A stretch of DNA of 64,000 bases from Adineta vaga (Eukaryota; Animalia; Rotifera), in the NCBI GenBank assembly GCA_021613535.1, contig CP075492.1, positions 13,640,001 through 13,704,000 on the forward strand, in the 5' to 3' direction. This document shows positions 13,626 to 26,483 of this stretch, one piece after another; within the stretch, counting starts at the first letter, position 1; every line of letters begins with the position of its first letter. Under the pieces are notes generated by a model that was not told the origin of the DNA, searched no databases, and saw nothing but the letters and a program-made list of their open reading frames with translations. The position numbers and the translations under genes are program-made.

Positions 13626-14223
13626 ATATCGATGTTACTCGGAAGAAAGATCTTTTTTTGAAAATGAGAAGAGTTGTAGTCGAATAGCTTTGACTATATG
13701 ATCTATCATTCTTGAATAAACATTGAATCTATTCTATTTCAAATGGGTTCTAAAAGAAAATCTCATTAAAAAAAAATATGTATAAAAATCAAATAATTGT
13801 TCTATTCGATGCCTCGTGAAAGAGAGATGATGACGCGGAAAAGTTTTGACATGGAATGACATTCTACATACTGATGTATAATGATGATGAAAAAATAGAA
13901 ATGAAAGAACGTAATTTCGCATTCGTTAATATCTAATTAACATGGTTTTTCTATTCATCAAAGTAGAAATGCGATTCAATACGAAGAATAGTAATTAAGA
14001 TAAATAGAGATGCACGAGCAACCGCTTTTTAACTTCATGTTAAAGAAATAATTATCATGGTATCATTTATTTAAATCACAACTTAGTGAGAAAAAGGAAT
14101 GATAGAAAAATTCTGAATACGATGAGATGCATATTATACAAGATTGTCTTCTTGGAAATAGAAAGAAAATTTGACTTATCTCAGTCCCATCTATTGATTT
14201 ATTTTCTCATTTGTAGAGCAAAT

Positions 14224-15333
14224 ATGTCTTCATCACTCGTGATTATTCAACAAATAATTACTCTTTATGGTTATCCATTGATTGCTGTATTTGGATGTTT
14301 TGGAAATTTTTTAAATATTTTTCTGTTAGGAAAGAAAGTACTTCGTGCAACATCTTGTAATAATTGTAAGTATAGAGAAATGTTTTACTTGGTAATAAAA
14401 ATATTCATTTGCAATTATTTAGATTTATTGGCTTCTTCATTTGCTAATCTCGTAATTCTCAGTGTCGGTCTTGTAACACTGATCTATGTCTATGATCGTC
14501 CATGGACTGTTACGACAGTCTATTGTAAAATTCGAAGTTATCTTTTCAATACATCTCAACAAATTTCACGTTTTATGATTGTAACTGCATGTTTTGATCG
14601 ATTTGCTCTTTGTTCAACAAATTTTCGTTTTCGTCAATTTTCTCGTGTCAATATTGCTCGATATTATATGATACCTATTATTGTTATTGTATGGCTTGTT
14701 TTTCCAATTCATATATTAATTTATAATAGTGCTGTCAATAATATTTGTATTTATTTTAATAGTGTGGCAATTTATCATAGTATTTATGGTATAACTATGG
14801 TTGGTTTTACTCCACCTGTATTAATGCTTATTTTCTCCCTATTAACATTTTATAATCTAAAAAGAAAACAACAACGTCAACAAGTTCGCCTGTTAGGCGT
14901 GGTTAGTGTTCAAATGATAACTGAACAAAATCGAAAGCAACAAAAAAAAGATCAACAAGTTCTTGCTATGTTAATGATAGAAGTTGTTGTTTATATTAGT
15001 ACAACGACTCTTGCTAGTATCAATCTACTCTATTCAACATTAACAACATACATGGGTGTGATAAAATCGAATGAACGGAAATCGATTGAATCATTTATTT
15101 CCTTTATAGTAAATACTTTAAATTTTACTTGTCCATGTCTGTCATTTTATTTGTTTTATTTCGTTTCACATGGTTATCGAAGACAATTGAAATTAACTCT
15201 TTCAGCTATTTTCGGACGATGCAGTAATTATCAATTTGCAAGAAATAATAACGGCAATAATCGAACTAGTCAACATATTCCTATACGTAAGATGACGGCA
15301 AAAATAAGTCCTATTGAACGATCAATGAATTAA
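14224..15333 (+). CDS. Orphan class A (rhodopsin-like) GPCR; one short in-frame intron at about 14366-14422
   Basis: GN in TM1, CKIR.Y, ACFDRF (DRY-like), seven hydrophobic segments, YRRQL in helix 8. Confidence 0.85.
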   Translation: MSSSLVIIQQIITLYGYPLIAVFGCFGNFLNIFLLGKKVLRATSCNNCKYREMFYLVIKIFICNYLDLLASSFANLVILSVGLVTLIYVYDRPWTVTTVYCKIRSYLFNTSQQISRFMIVTACFDRFALCSTNFRFRQFSRVNIARYYMIPIIVIVWLVFPIHILIYNSAVNNICIYFNSVAIYHSIYGITMVGFTPPVLMLIFSLLTFYNLKRKQQRQQVRLLGVVSVQMITEQNRKQQKKDQQVLAMLMIEVVVYISTTTLASINLLYSTLTTYMGVIKSNERKSIESFISFIVNTLNFTCPCLSFYLFYFVSHGYRRQLKLTLSAIFGRCSNYQFARNNNGNNRTSQHIPIRKMTAKISPIERSMN

Positions 15334-15899
15334 CCACACCCTCAGTGCTGTTATTTAATAGAAATATATCATCCAAGAATAAACCTTTAATTACACGATT
15401 ATTTCAAGTATGACATGTTTTACGCTCCAATAAAAAGATGAAAGAAGAGTTAAATAATTATATTATTAATTATTTTGAATATCACGAAACTTAGGAATAA
15501 AGCTTTCAACTTTCTAACGCTGGACAAGTTACTATAGAATTGAGCATATAGTATGCTAGCACGTCCGTTACAATTTATTTCCAAGATAGAAAATGCTGCG
15601 GGTAGAAGATCTATTCGCCTTCAACTCAAGTAGTTGATTTAGAAAAAAAAACATATTCAACGTATCTGATGATGAACATTCTTTTATTTTAAGTTTCCAA
15701 TAGAAATAAAACTATTAAAAAAGTTATTAGCTTTCATATTGTTGGCTTTAATTGAGAGAGAGAATAGAAAGTGAGCATACATCATTCGATATGGTTTTGC
15801 CGTACTTCAGAAAAGGGGGACAACGTCCAATAGTTTTGAATTTCAAAAATAGAACGATTTTGTCCTCAATACGTCAGTATTTGTTTCGTGCGAAAGAAT

Positions 15900-17305
15900 T
15901 ATTCATTCTTAAAAGAATAACTGAAATAATCATTTGATGTTGCACCATGTTCACTTCTATGAATAAGATGAACTTATAGTTTTAAAGATCGGTTGTATAA
16001 ACTCAAAGAATTAACATATTTTTCTTGTTTTTCGAAAATATATCTCATGAAGTTGAGTATGTCACAGCAATAAGAGGAACATTTGGTGAGTAAAATTCTT
16101 CTGAAATTTTCATATATAATTCAATAAATCTTAAATTTTTTACGAAGTTCTTTAACATTACATTCGAATTCAAAAAGAACATTGATAGAATCCATTCATT
16201 TATGACAAACATATGAGTAGCAGAAAGAAATTCTTTGAATGCCATGAGTTTATTTTGATTTTCATTTGAACTTTCTAATTCATTGATCGATAAACAATCA
16301 ATTGAATTTGTTCATGTTGTCTATAAAATTATTAAGAATAAGTATTTTAATTGATAAAGTTGATCAATACTTGGTGTTTGTAATGCTTTATCCAATAATT
16401 TGCGAAGAAATGAGTTGCTTATAAATAAGTTTGGATAGTTTTGTTTGATTCATATTCAATTTGATGATAAGATTTCCATTGTGATTGAAATGTAGCCGAG
16501 TTTATAAATAATCATGGAAAATACCGTTGTATTTAAGTTGTACGAATGGCTAGTTTCAAATTAATGTCGTGCGAAATATTCATTTATAGTCAGAAGCACT
16601 TTTAACTTATTGATAGGATGACAGAACGATGGTTACTTTTGGTCAATCATTCAGCTAATTATTTGTCATTCTTAGTTTCATGGTGTTTGATTTTTTAAAG
16701 ATTCAAATCAGATATGTCATTTTTTCTGTATAAAATCGTGAAATACTATATCAATTTCAATCAGTCTATCTCTGCATCCATAAAGTTTTGACTTCATATT
16801 ATCTGAAATTTGCTCCTATTAACATCGATTTTTTAATCTTAAAGTAATAAATTGTGCACGCTCTTCATTATCCAATTAAACTCATCGTATCCTTGTTAAT
16901 ATTTGTTAAATCATTGATGTATGGTTCGGTGTTAACATCGATCATAATATCATTACCATCGCGAATAATTTCGTTGTCATTATCGGTCAAAGCATCATAT
17001 ACTCGTAATAGTCTCTATTTTTCTCCATCGGGTCATTTAACTTTGTTTTGCTCACTTTCTGAAAACAAACTTGCAATATTATCCGATGTTAGTTTCTGTA
17101 TCGGATGATCTAGTTCTACTAACACGTCAATCTTCCGGTCACTTGTTATCGCTTTTAACCAACAGGATTCACCCACTCCAAAACAGACCAAACAATAAGC
17201 ATCTATCAACCATACAGAATTATGTACAGTATCTTCATATGACATCTCTATTTTAGTCTCAGCCAAAGTACCTATACTTGTTTTTGATTTGATAGCGCTT
17301 ATCAT
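15900..17305 (-). pseudogene. Degraded coding remnant of unknown family
   Basis: Protein-like ORF pieces (17033..17305, 16045..16245) continue through stops; no recognisable motif. Confidence 0.3.
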
Positions 17306-18142
17306 ATTTTAGCGATCCTTCTCGCTGCGTGGTATGAGTTCAATATATTTGTCTCTCGAGCTAATAAATGGTTATCAGTTATTTCTACATCTGCACATTT
17401 TTATTCTACATTAAATACAATCGAAGCAATAACTCATACCCTTCCAATTGTGAACGGTAAAACAGAAAACCGATTTTTATTCACAATTTTACCCTCGCAA
17501 CTACTTGGCTATTAAAAGAAATACACGTCATATGCCAACCATAAGTTAAACACATATGAATACAAACAAAACGGCATAACCGCAAGCTTGACAGAATTTT
17601 TCGATATAATTTCAAGTCATCGCACATATACATTCGACATCCACCAATAACTGAGAAACGATATCTCCATGACGAACTATACAAACCCATCACTCCCAAA
17701 CAAACACTTATCACTAAATCCACCTAAAGCTTCAGGGAACCGACTTATACTTAGAAAATCAATTCAAATAAAAATTTATATGACGAAAACAAAACAAACA
17801 ACAAAGATAGTCACTCATGGATAAAAAGGTAGAAACAACACAACAAAGAATCACAAAAAAATATTCCAAAACTCTTAGAAAACTAAAGTTTCTCTCGAAC
17901 ACGTTCACCAACCGCTACCGTGAAAAATTCTCCACTAGTCGATCCTGTCGTCAGCATCCATACATCTCAAATAACAGTGATTCACAAGGGCGGAAAAGCG
18001 ATTTCTGATTTAAATGATTTAATTATGATTTTCAGAAAATTTGAAACAGTTTAGATCATGCAAAACTCATTCTTTCATATACTTTGAAGTGATTTATCTA
18101 TGACTTATACGTGATTAGAGTCAGCTTTTCCCCCTTGTTCAT

Positions 18143-20596
18143 TTATATGGTAGACGAGGTGGACGTAGTTGATGTTGATGAGGTTGTTGCAGTAGTTGAT
18201 GTGGATGTGGTGGATGAAGTTGATGTGGATGATGTCGAGGTTGTTTCAGTGGTTGTTGTTGATGTGGCAGAAGAGGTGGATGTAGTTGATGTTGATGACG
18301 TTGACGTTGTTGAGGTTGTTGAGATTGTTGATGTTGATGAGGTTGTTGAGGTAGTTGATGTTGATGATGTTGAACTTGTTGAGGTAGTTGATGTGGATGT
18401 AGTTGTCGAGGTGGATGATGTTGAGGTTGTTGCAGTGGTTGTCGTGGATGAGGTGGATGTAGTTGATGTGGATGTAGTTGTCGAGGTGGAGGTAGTTGAT
18501 GTTGATGAGGTTGAGGTTGTTGCAGTGGTTGTCGTGGATGAGGTGGATGTAGTTGATGTTGAACTTGTGGAGGTAGTTGATGTTGATGAGGTCGAGGTTG
18601 TTGAGGTAGTTGATGTGGATGTAGTTGTCGAGGTGGAGGTAGTTGATGTTGATGAGGTTGAGGTTGTTGCAGTGGTTGTCGTGGATGAGGTGGATGTAGT
18701 TGATGTTGAACTTGTGGAGGTAGTTGATGAGGTCGAGGTTGTTGCAGTGGTTGTCGTGGATGTGGTGGATGAGGTGGATGTAGTTGATGTTGAACTTGTG
18801 GAGGTAGTTGATGTGGATGAGGTTGAGGTTGTTGCAGTGGTTGTCGTGGATGAGGTGGATGTAGTTGATGTTGAACTTGTTGATGTAGTTGATGTGGATG
18901 TAGTTGTCGAGGTGGAGGTAGTTGATGTTGATAAGGTTGAGGTTGTTGCAGTGGTTGTCGCGGATGTGGTGGATGAGGTGGATGTAGTTGATGTTGATGA
19001 GGTCGAGGTTGTTGAGGTAGTTGATGTGGATGTAGTTGTCGAGGTGGAGGTAGTTGATGTTGATGTTGATGAGGTTGTTGAGGTTGTTTCAGTGGTTGTT
19101 GTTGATGTGGTAGAAGAGGTGGATGTAGTTGATGTTGATGATGTTGTCGAGGTTGAGGTAGTTGATGTTGATGAGGTTGAGGTTGTCGCAGTGGTTGTGG
19201 TGAGTGTGGTGAGCGAGGTGGAGGTATTTGATGTCGAGGTTGTCGCAGTGGTTGTGGTGAGTGTGGTGAGCGAGGTGGAGGTATTTGATGTCGAGGTTGT
19301 CGCAGTGGTTGTGGTGAATGTGGTGAGCGAGGTAGAGGTATTTGATGTCGAGGTTGTTGCAGTGGTAGTTGAGGATGTAGTTGTCGAGGTCGAAGTAGTG
19401 GATGTGGATGTGGATGATGTCGAGGTTGTAGCAGTGCTTGTTGTGGATGTGGTGGATGAGGTGGATGTAGTTGATGTGGATGAGGTTGAGGTTGCTATAG
19501 TGGTTGTTGTTGATGTGGTAGAAGAGGTGGATGTAGTTGATGTTGATGAAGTTGAAGTTGATGATGTCGAGCTTGTTGCAGTGCTTATTGAGGATGTAGT
19601 TGTCGAGGTGGAAGTAGTGGATGTGTATGATGTCGAGGTTGTAGCAGCGACTGTTGTGGATGTGGTAGAAGAGGTGGATGTAGTTGATATGGATGTGGTG
19701 GTCGAGGCGGAGGTTGAGGTTGCGGATATTGTAGACGAGATTGAGGTGGTTGATGTTGATGGATCTAATGATTAAGAAAATTCTCATTTCTATTGTGTGT
19801 GAGTTGTGAGTGAGATTTTGAAGATCGTATTTAAGAATATTTTCGGTTTTGGCGTGCATGATTTGAATTTCTGGCAAGGACGTGCTGTCGGAGGCAAGAA
19901 ATGGTGATATGTGATCACAAAATGGTAATGTGGTGTCTGCTTAGAAGATATGGTTGGTAAACGAAGGTTTTCTTAGGGAAAATTTGTAAATGGCAATCTG
20001 GTTGTGAAACTGAAAGCAACTTAGTGAGATTGTTAAAGGATTTTCGATATAAGCAGTCAGTGTCACGTTTGATTGCGTAGAAATAGTCTTATGATGATGC
20101 GAATGTTCGGAAAACGGTTAGTCTAGTTCAAAGTTAGTTGAAGTAGGATTATGTATTTTTCGATGGATGGGAATGGGAATGATTCAAATGTTTGATATAA
20201 GTTTTACAGTTATTCTAGTTTATTTTCGTTTGAATGAAAGGAAAGTTGATACTGACCGGTTTGTATTAGTGTTGAAGTGATGATGGTGATTGTAGTCGGA
20301 TCGGCTGGTGTTAGCATACTGTTGATTGAATTGGAGAGATTAGTGAACAGTTGACAACTCGCGGTAGATTGCTGAAATGTTGCTACTTGGCATTGCTGTT
20401 GAAGTAAGCATTTCATTTGACATACGCGAAAGTTGTATGCAGATACTATCGCATATGGTGGACAAGTCGTAGTTGCACATTGTAGTTGCCATCCAATTTT
20501 TATAGTCAATCTGCTTGCGCGACTATCCGGTGCAACAATTAGTGGAAAATAAAGAGAAAGAATAAAGACGAAAAATGCTTTCGTGGTCATTTTCAT
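18143..20596 (-). CDS. Secreted mucin-like protein: signal peptide + Apple/PAN domain + about 540-aa Ser/Thr-rich tail, 2 exons
   Basis: Exon 1 20257..20596 has the PAN-like Cys pattern (CQMKCL...CQVATF...CQLF); intron 19765..20256; exon 2 19764..18143 reads (D)PSTSTTS... to TAA in frame. Confidence 0.85.
18146..19760. repeat. Low-complexity coding tandem repeat (Thr/Ser codons) with higher-order units
   Basis: Recurrent gtagttgatgttgatgaggttgaggttgttgcagtggttgtc blocks; three ~57-nt near-identical units at 19180-19360. Confidence 0.9.
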
Positions 20597-21011
20597 TAAA
20601 GACTATGATAGCTTATGAAATAACGTCAATACAGACGAAGACATTCACTAGACGATTCACCCCCTATTTTATTTCACTCGTGAATGATTGAAATGCAAGA
20701 AAGTTTTCTTCTGTATATCATCGCTAGTATTATTAAGAAAATTACATTAGTCTGTGTCCTTGAGATTTCAAAGTAAAAGTCTCATTATAATAATACTACT
20801 CTGCTTAGTGTACTTCACCTTGAAAGTTTGTTGACTCTTAAAAAATTACTCCTCTTTCATGTTCATATTTCACATGGAAACAGAAAAAGAAGAGTTTACC
20901 TTGTTACATTTTTTATATCATTCTGCACGACGAAGTAAATTAAAATTATATCGACTGGATAGAAATATATTTGATGACACATGAATATTTATTGATAGAA
21001 AGAAGAAAAAC

Positions 21012-22573
21012 TTAGGATTGACATTGATTCAAAAGAATACCAATAGTTGTGTTTACCGTATTTGTTACGGCAAGATCTTTCCTACCATCATTATTAAAAT
21101 CACCAGAAATAAGTCCATAGGGAAAAGAATTAGTAGTAAAGAGTGTTTCTGATGAAAAAGTGCCAGAACCTAAATTAAGAAATACACTAATATGTGCACT
21201 ATCCGTATTTGTAAGAACCAGATCTTTTCGATAATCATTATTAAAATCAATAGCAACAATTAACCATGGTGATGAACTCATTGATAAGACTATAATGGTT
21301 GCGAAATTACCATCACCAAACCCAATAAGAATGCTAATCGACTGACTACCAAAATTAGCTATTGCAAGATCTGTTCGATTATCTTCATCAAAATCAGCAA
21401 TTGCAATTGAAACTGGAACGGTTCCAACTGGAAATATTGTTTGATTTGCAAAATTTCCATTTCCTTGATTAAGAAATATACTTATTGTATTATTACCAGT
21501 ATTAGTAACAATAAGATCAATTTGATTATCATTATTAAAATCTCCTAAATCAATGGCATGTGGTACAGCATCCGTTGACAATGTTTTCAATGTAGAAAAA
21601 TTTCCATTACCATTTCCAAGATACACACCAATCTGATTATTTCCTTGAATAACAATCGCAATATCAGATAAACCATCTTTATTAAAGTCGCCAACTGCAA
21701 TGCCACTTAGAAAGAAACCGACTAAAATCGTTGTTTGCAATGAAAACTGACCATTTCCATCGCCAAATAATAATCCAATACTATCGTTTCCAAGATTAGT
21801 AACAACAATATCTAATCGATTGTCATTATTAAAATCACCGACAACAATCCCTTCGGGATTAGATCCAGTTGGATATGTTCTTTGAGTAGCAAAAGTTCCA
21901 TTTCCATTGTTAAGAAATATACTGACAGTATTATCATTTTTATTGGTAACAACGAGATCTTCTTGATTATCCGCATTAAAATCACCCACACCCACATATT
22001 GTGGACTGCTACCAGTTGTATACGTTAACATCGATGCAAATGACAATTGACATGGTACTAAATGAAAGACAATGATCTATATGAAGTTTTCCAAGATTTG
22101 AATTTACCTATTGTTGGACACAATATCGTCCATAATAATGGTAAGCATATTGCTTTAGGTGAACAACATGAATTGATGACGCAGACTGATGTGTTTGATG
22201 TACATGTATTTGTCGAAGTATTACAAAATTCTAAAATTCCACAAAGACTTCCCGGTGCACAATACGTTCGATTATCAATTGTACGATAAATATAACAATA
22301 TGTCGGAGATGGACGACAATTATCAGATTGATTCGAACATTGTGAAAGAAAACAATTTGTTAGAGGATCTTGTGCTGAATGTGAAGAATTAGAAAGAATA
22401 TAATCGATATTATGATTCTCTCGTTGACAAGTATTATTAGATGTTTGACCTGAAAAATGAACAAAAAAAAGATTATTCTCTACAACAGTGAAATGAACTA
22501 TACCTGTCATCATTTTTAAATGAATTAACAATACAACTGTAAGCGTAACTCTGTATTTTATCATATTCATCAT
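21012..22573 (-). CDS. Secreted FG-GAP/VCBS-repeat beta-propeller protein with an N-terminal Cys-rich domain, 3 exons
   Basis: Seven GDFNxDxxxDL(A/V)V...G.GNG.F repeats; Cys-rich segment C..SVCVINSCC; phase-1 introns join the ORFs. Confidence 0.88.
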
Positions 22574-23243
22574 GCTCGATCTACTTTCGAATATTTCAAA
22601 GAGTGTAATTACAAAATCGCTAAAGATTGGCAATGTTAAAAAGGAGGATCTTTTGATGATATATATTTACTTACGAGAGACTTACAAATTATAGTCTGAT
22701 GAGAAGAAAAGACATGGTACATTCAAGGACTTTTTTTCATTCTTTATATAGTTAGAAGTATATAAAGAAAAAGGAACTATAGTCTCACATATAAGTGATC
22801 TATCTATAGTGACAAAAGTACACAACCAAGTTATCTGTAACTGCTGAAAAGAAATATTGAGGATGTAGGATATTAATATAGTCTATAGCGGCAAGGATAA
22901 GGCATCACACATATTGATAATTTCATTGGCAATCTTATAAAATATAAAAACAGGTCACATTATTATTTGTCTTCTAAACTTTTCAGCAAAGTGAGTAAAT
23001 AAAAATTGGAAAATACAGAAGTTTTTCTCGTTTTCTTTGTTTGTTGAATAACTCGAAAGAGAGTTCAACTAAGTCAGTAAACCTAAAGCATTGACCTTTT
23101 ATTCAGACATTTAAAGAAATCTTCGACATAATGAAACTATCCGTACGATGTAAGAGTTATCAATAATTTTCTGCAACTTTCTTCTACAATGGAATAGAAA
23201 ATTATTGATATTGATCATTCATTTTAGATAAAAATCTACAAGA

Positions 23244-23501
23244 ATGAGTAATTCGTCAGCAAATAATTTAGAATCAGCACAGATTGATAAAATAAAAAAT
23301 AATATGCTCTTTTCAAGCTCATTGATCTTTCTCGCCGTATGTATACCCTACCGGTTTGCGTCATCTTTGGCTACATTACCGCTCATCTACGTATATGTTT
23401 TGTCGGGTATTGGTATTGGTTTTCAAATCACTCCATTCTATTATATATCGAATGTTTCACCTGCTTTGATTATCTGTTTTATATGGTTGGTTCTTGTTTA
23501 G
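23244..23501 (+). CDS. Small hydrophobic (2-3 TM) hypothetical protein
   Basis: 85-aa ORF with hydrophobic segments; no family recognised. Confidence 0.35.
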   Translation: MSNSSANNLESAQIDKIKNNMLFSSSLIFLAVCIPYRFASSLATLPLIYVYVLSGIGIGFQITPFYYISNVSPALIICFIWLVLV

Positions 23502-24464
23502 ATCGTTCTTTATTATCATCTTGAAATACTCGTCGAATAATATTAATTATGACGCTTTGTATCTTATTTGATCGAAATATATTTCGCATGATAATCGTTC
23601 AAGTGACCTTACTTCTTCTATGTTCATTGCCTATTTTCGTATTTCACTTGTACTCAAACCTTACACTAAGACGACGATAAAAAGTAATGTGTACGCCGTT
23701 CAGTAGAAAATTTAATCTTGAAAAAGTATGTTCATTTTACAACTAGTCGTCATTTCCGGAAAATATTGAAGAATTTGATCAACTGTTTTGTTTTGCATGT
23801 CTTTCGAAGAGAGCAAAAAAAGATCACGTATTTATGAAATAGACAAGAGAGAGAGAGAGGTCTATTCAAAAAGATGTCCATCACTTCTCTTCGTACATGA
23901 AGAACGTTATTAACTATTGGTGTAGATTTAGAAGTTATTTGCAGGAGCGTCATTACCCCCTTCTTTGCCCGTTTACATTTAAATTGATGCCATATACTAA
24001 ATTGTGCACTCATATTCAAATTCAAATGACATAATTCATTCTTTTTTTTTTCTCTTTTCATAACATCCATATAGTAGTATACGAATAGAAGGTGAAAGAA
24101 AAAAAAAGTATGACATTTTAGAACTATTACATCACGACACATACATGCGACATTTTTCTCTATGTACATTCATCAAACAAAAAAAACCTCATTATTATGT
24201 AGGCCAGCGTCTCTTCCTTTCTTGAAAGGACGGATTTTTTTTATAGGAAGAAAAAAAAATGCCTTATTATTATTTCCTTACGTAAGAAGAAAGTGAATAA
24301 GTTCACCTTTTTTTTTTCATTCATTCAAGAACGTATTTCTGTACGAGGTAAAAGAAGAAGAAGAAGGCATATGTTCAAAACTATAAAATAGATACATATC
24401 TTTCTTCATGTAATAAAATCTATTTTAGATTTTCAAACTGATTGATTTATAAAACAAAGACAAG

Positions 24465-24824
24465 ATGAAAGGTAAACTGAATGCGATACATTTTGAAAAG
24501 AAGAGATTATATTTCAAATAATCTAAAATATTTATCTATTATCTATTAGAACCGCCAGAATCTATTATATTATACAATGACGTTCAGCCGACACCAAAGA
24601 AAATTATTAAGCGTCCAAGTAGTGAAAGCATACATTCTGGTTATTTTGCTATCATAAGTGCCAGTCTTGGTTTTATATGTCTTATTCCTGCTATTATTTT
24701 TACACTCACTGGTGCTGCAAGTCTCAGTGATGGTGATAATGGTCGTCTTATTGCTGGTATTGTTCTATTTGGTTTTTCTATTACGCTTATTATTCTAGCT
24801 TTTCTTATATGTTGTTTAAAATAG
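24465..24824 (+). CDS. Small 2-TM protein (93 aa), not in the ORF track
   Basis: ATG AAA G|gt intron 24472..24549 ag|AA gives MKEPPESIILY...GYFAIISASLGFICLIPAIIFTLTG...LIAGIVLFGFSITLIILAFLICCLK*. Confidence 0.7.
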
Positions 24825-25198
24825 ATCAAAAACAAAATTCTTGTATTGTAGTATAATAAAGAATGGCATTATATTGTCATCAAATCTTTTCAAATTCACT
24901 TCTTTTAATGCTATAAAATATGAAACAGTATTCTTTTTTTATTTCTCTTTAACATACTATGATCGTGAAATGATGAATTCATTCATCATCTTATTGACTA
25001 CCATCGAGTTGTGGTTTGAATAGATCGTATGTGGTTAAAAAAAAGCCCGTGGAGAAGTATTTTTGAAAATTTATTTCGGTATTAATAAGAAAAATAGTTC
25101 GATACTTAATTAATGTTTGCAGAAGAAGACGTTATTGGAAGAATTGAAAAAGATCTATCGAGCATATACTAAGGATTGAAATGTAGAGAAAACAAATG

Positions 25199-25471
25199 CT
25201 ATATGAATAATATTCCGTTGTAAAGAGTATCCGAGGCAGCTGCAAATCGACTTGCTTTCACTCGTGAAGCTCTGGCTGAACGTCGAGCATGACTTTCATT
25301 AATTTTCACAGTGCCAAAAGCTGTTGGAACTCTCACTGAGAATTTGTCTTTGGTACTTCTGGATTCACCTGCAGCTACTTCATATGTTGATCCAATTGCT
25401 CGACTAGATCGCACCTTTGCTGAATGATGACGTACCAATGGGTAATGTCCATCATCACAACAGAAACTCAT
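25199..25471 (-). CDS. Small basic orphan protein (90 aa)
   Basis: AAAA-ATG context; TATA-like TATATAAA about 75 nt upstream; ORF visibly more GC-rich than its flanks. Confidence 0.6.
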   Translation of the reverse strand: MSFCCDDGHYPLVRHHSAKVRSSRAIGSTYEVAAGESRSTKDKFSVRVPTAFGTVKINESHARRSARASRVKASRFAAASDTLYNGILFI

Positions 25472-25703
25472 TTTTAACGAAACTTGAATAAATATGGAGA
25501 GAACTATTCGAAAACGATAGTGAAATAGTAAACTTTTTTTCTTTCTTTATATATCTTTCGACAAAAACAAACAATTATTTTTTCTACTATGACATCAAAT
25601 GATACGAATGTAATAACAAATAAAATATTTTTATTGTATCTTCAAGTAACGAAATATTGCTGACGCACGAAATCAAATCGAATGAAAGAACACTTGAAGC
25701 GTA

Positions 25704-25767
25704 TCTTGAGGTTTTAGGTCTCGTTGAGAGTATAGTGTTTCATCCACCCTCACCCACACCCTCAAGA
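25704..25767 (-). repeat. Telomere-repeat hairpin element, copy 1
   Basis: TCTTGAGG...CCTCAAGA terminal inverted repeat; minus strand reads cttgagggtgtgggtgagggtgg...ctatactctc...cctcaag. Confidence 0.75.
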
Positions 25768-26483
25768 ACTTAACGATAGTAATTGAAGTGTCATACGACG
25801 GAATTTACGCCATTCAATTATTTGATGTAGTCGATGCTTTTGTCGAATTATTCGCATTACCACTCCAATGTTACATATTATGATTACGAATGTTGGAAGG
25901 ATATTATGTCCAACCAGATCCCAAAGACTCAACCATGTCACATAAAAAAAACAAACACCACCACAATAATTATCAAAGATATTTTCACATGGTGGAAAAC
26001 TACAGCGATTAAATAAAATACAAATGTATAGATGATCAAATATATTGGTGGAATGTAATGAAATAGAATTTGGTTTATTTTCTTATTGAAAAAATTTCTC
26101 TGAAATATCAGAAGATGTCGTTCAATCGATAGCCAAGCTAGTAGCATGGGTGTTGCGGCAAAACATGAAGAATCGATATAACGCCAGAAATAACAGAATT
26201 TAGGAGATGCTGACCAAACTTCTCCAGTACGTAATTGATCTATGTATACTGGAATTTCAAATAATTGAGATAGAAGTATAATTAGTATAAGAGCTATGAT
26301 TGAACGATTGTGAATACTATTTCGACATTGATGATCCGTTAGACAGATGATTATTATTGACAACGAACAAATGATAGCTGGAATATCTAGTAGAAGATAT
26401 AACAAAAATCGGGCGAGATAAGGAAATTCAAAATGATTATAATTCGGAACTTCAAAATCACTGGAATTTGACGTTGAGTTCAT
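25768..26483 (-). pseudogene. Class A GPCR pseudogene (frameshift near 25995; truncated in TM6)
   Basis: LSIERH motif; the alternative frame continues PPCENIFD...WRKFRRMTLQLLSLSS and ends at the hairpin element. Confidence 0.75.

Noticed and set aside
18111-19775. 554-aa Val/Asp/Glu ORF on the plus strand, and the His/Ile/Asn ORF 19089..19877 on the minus strand
   Set aside because: Both are shadow frames of the Thr/Ser mucin exon; the spliced minus-strand frame has a signal peptide, a PAN domain and proper splice sites
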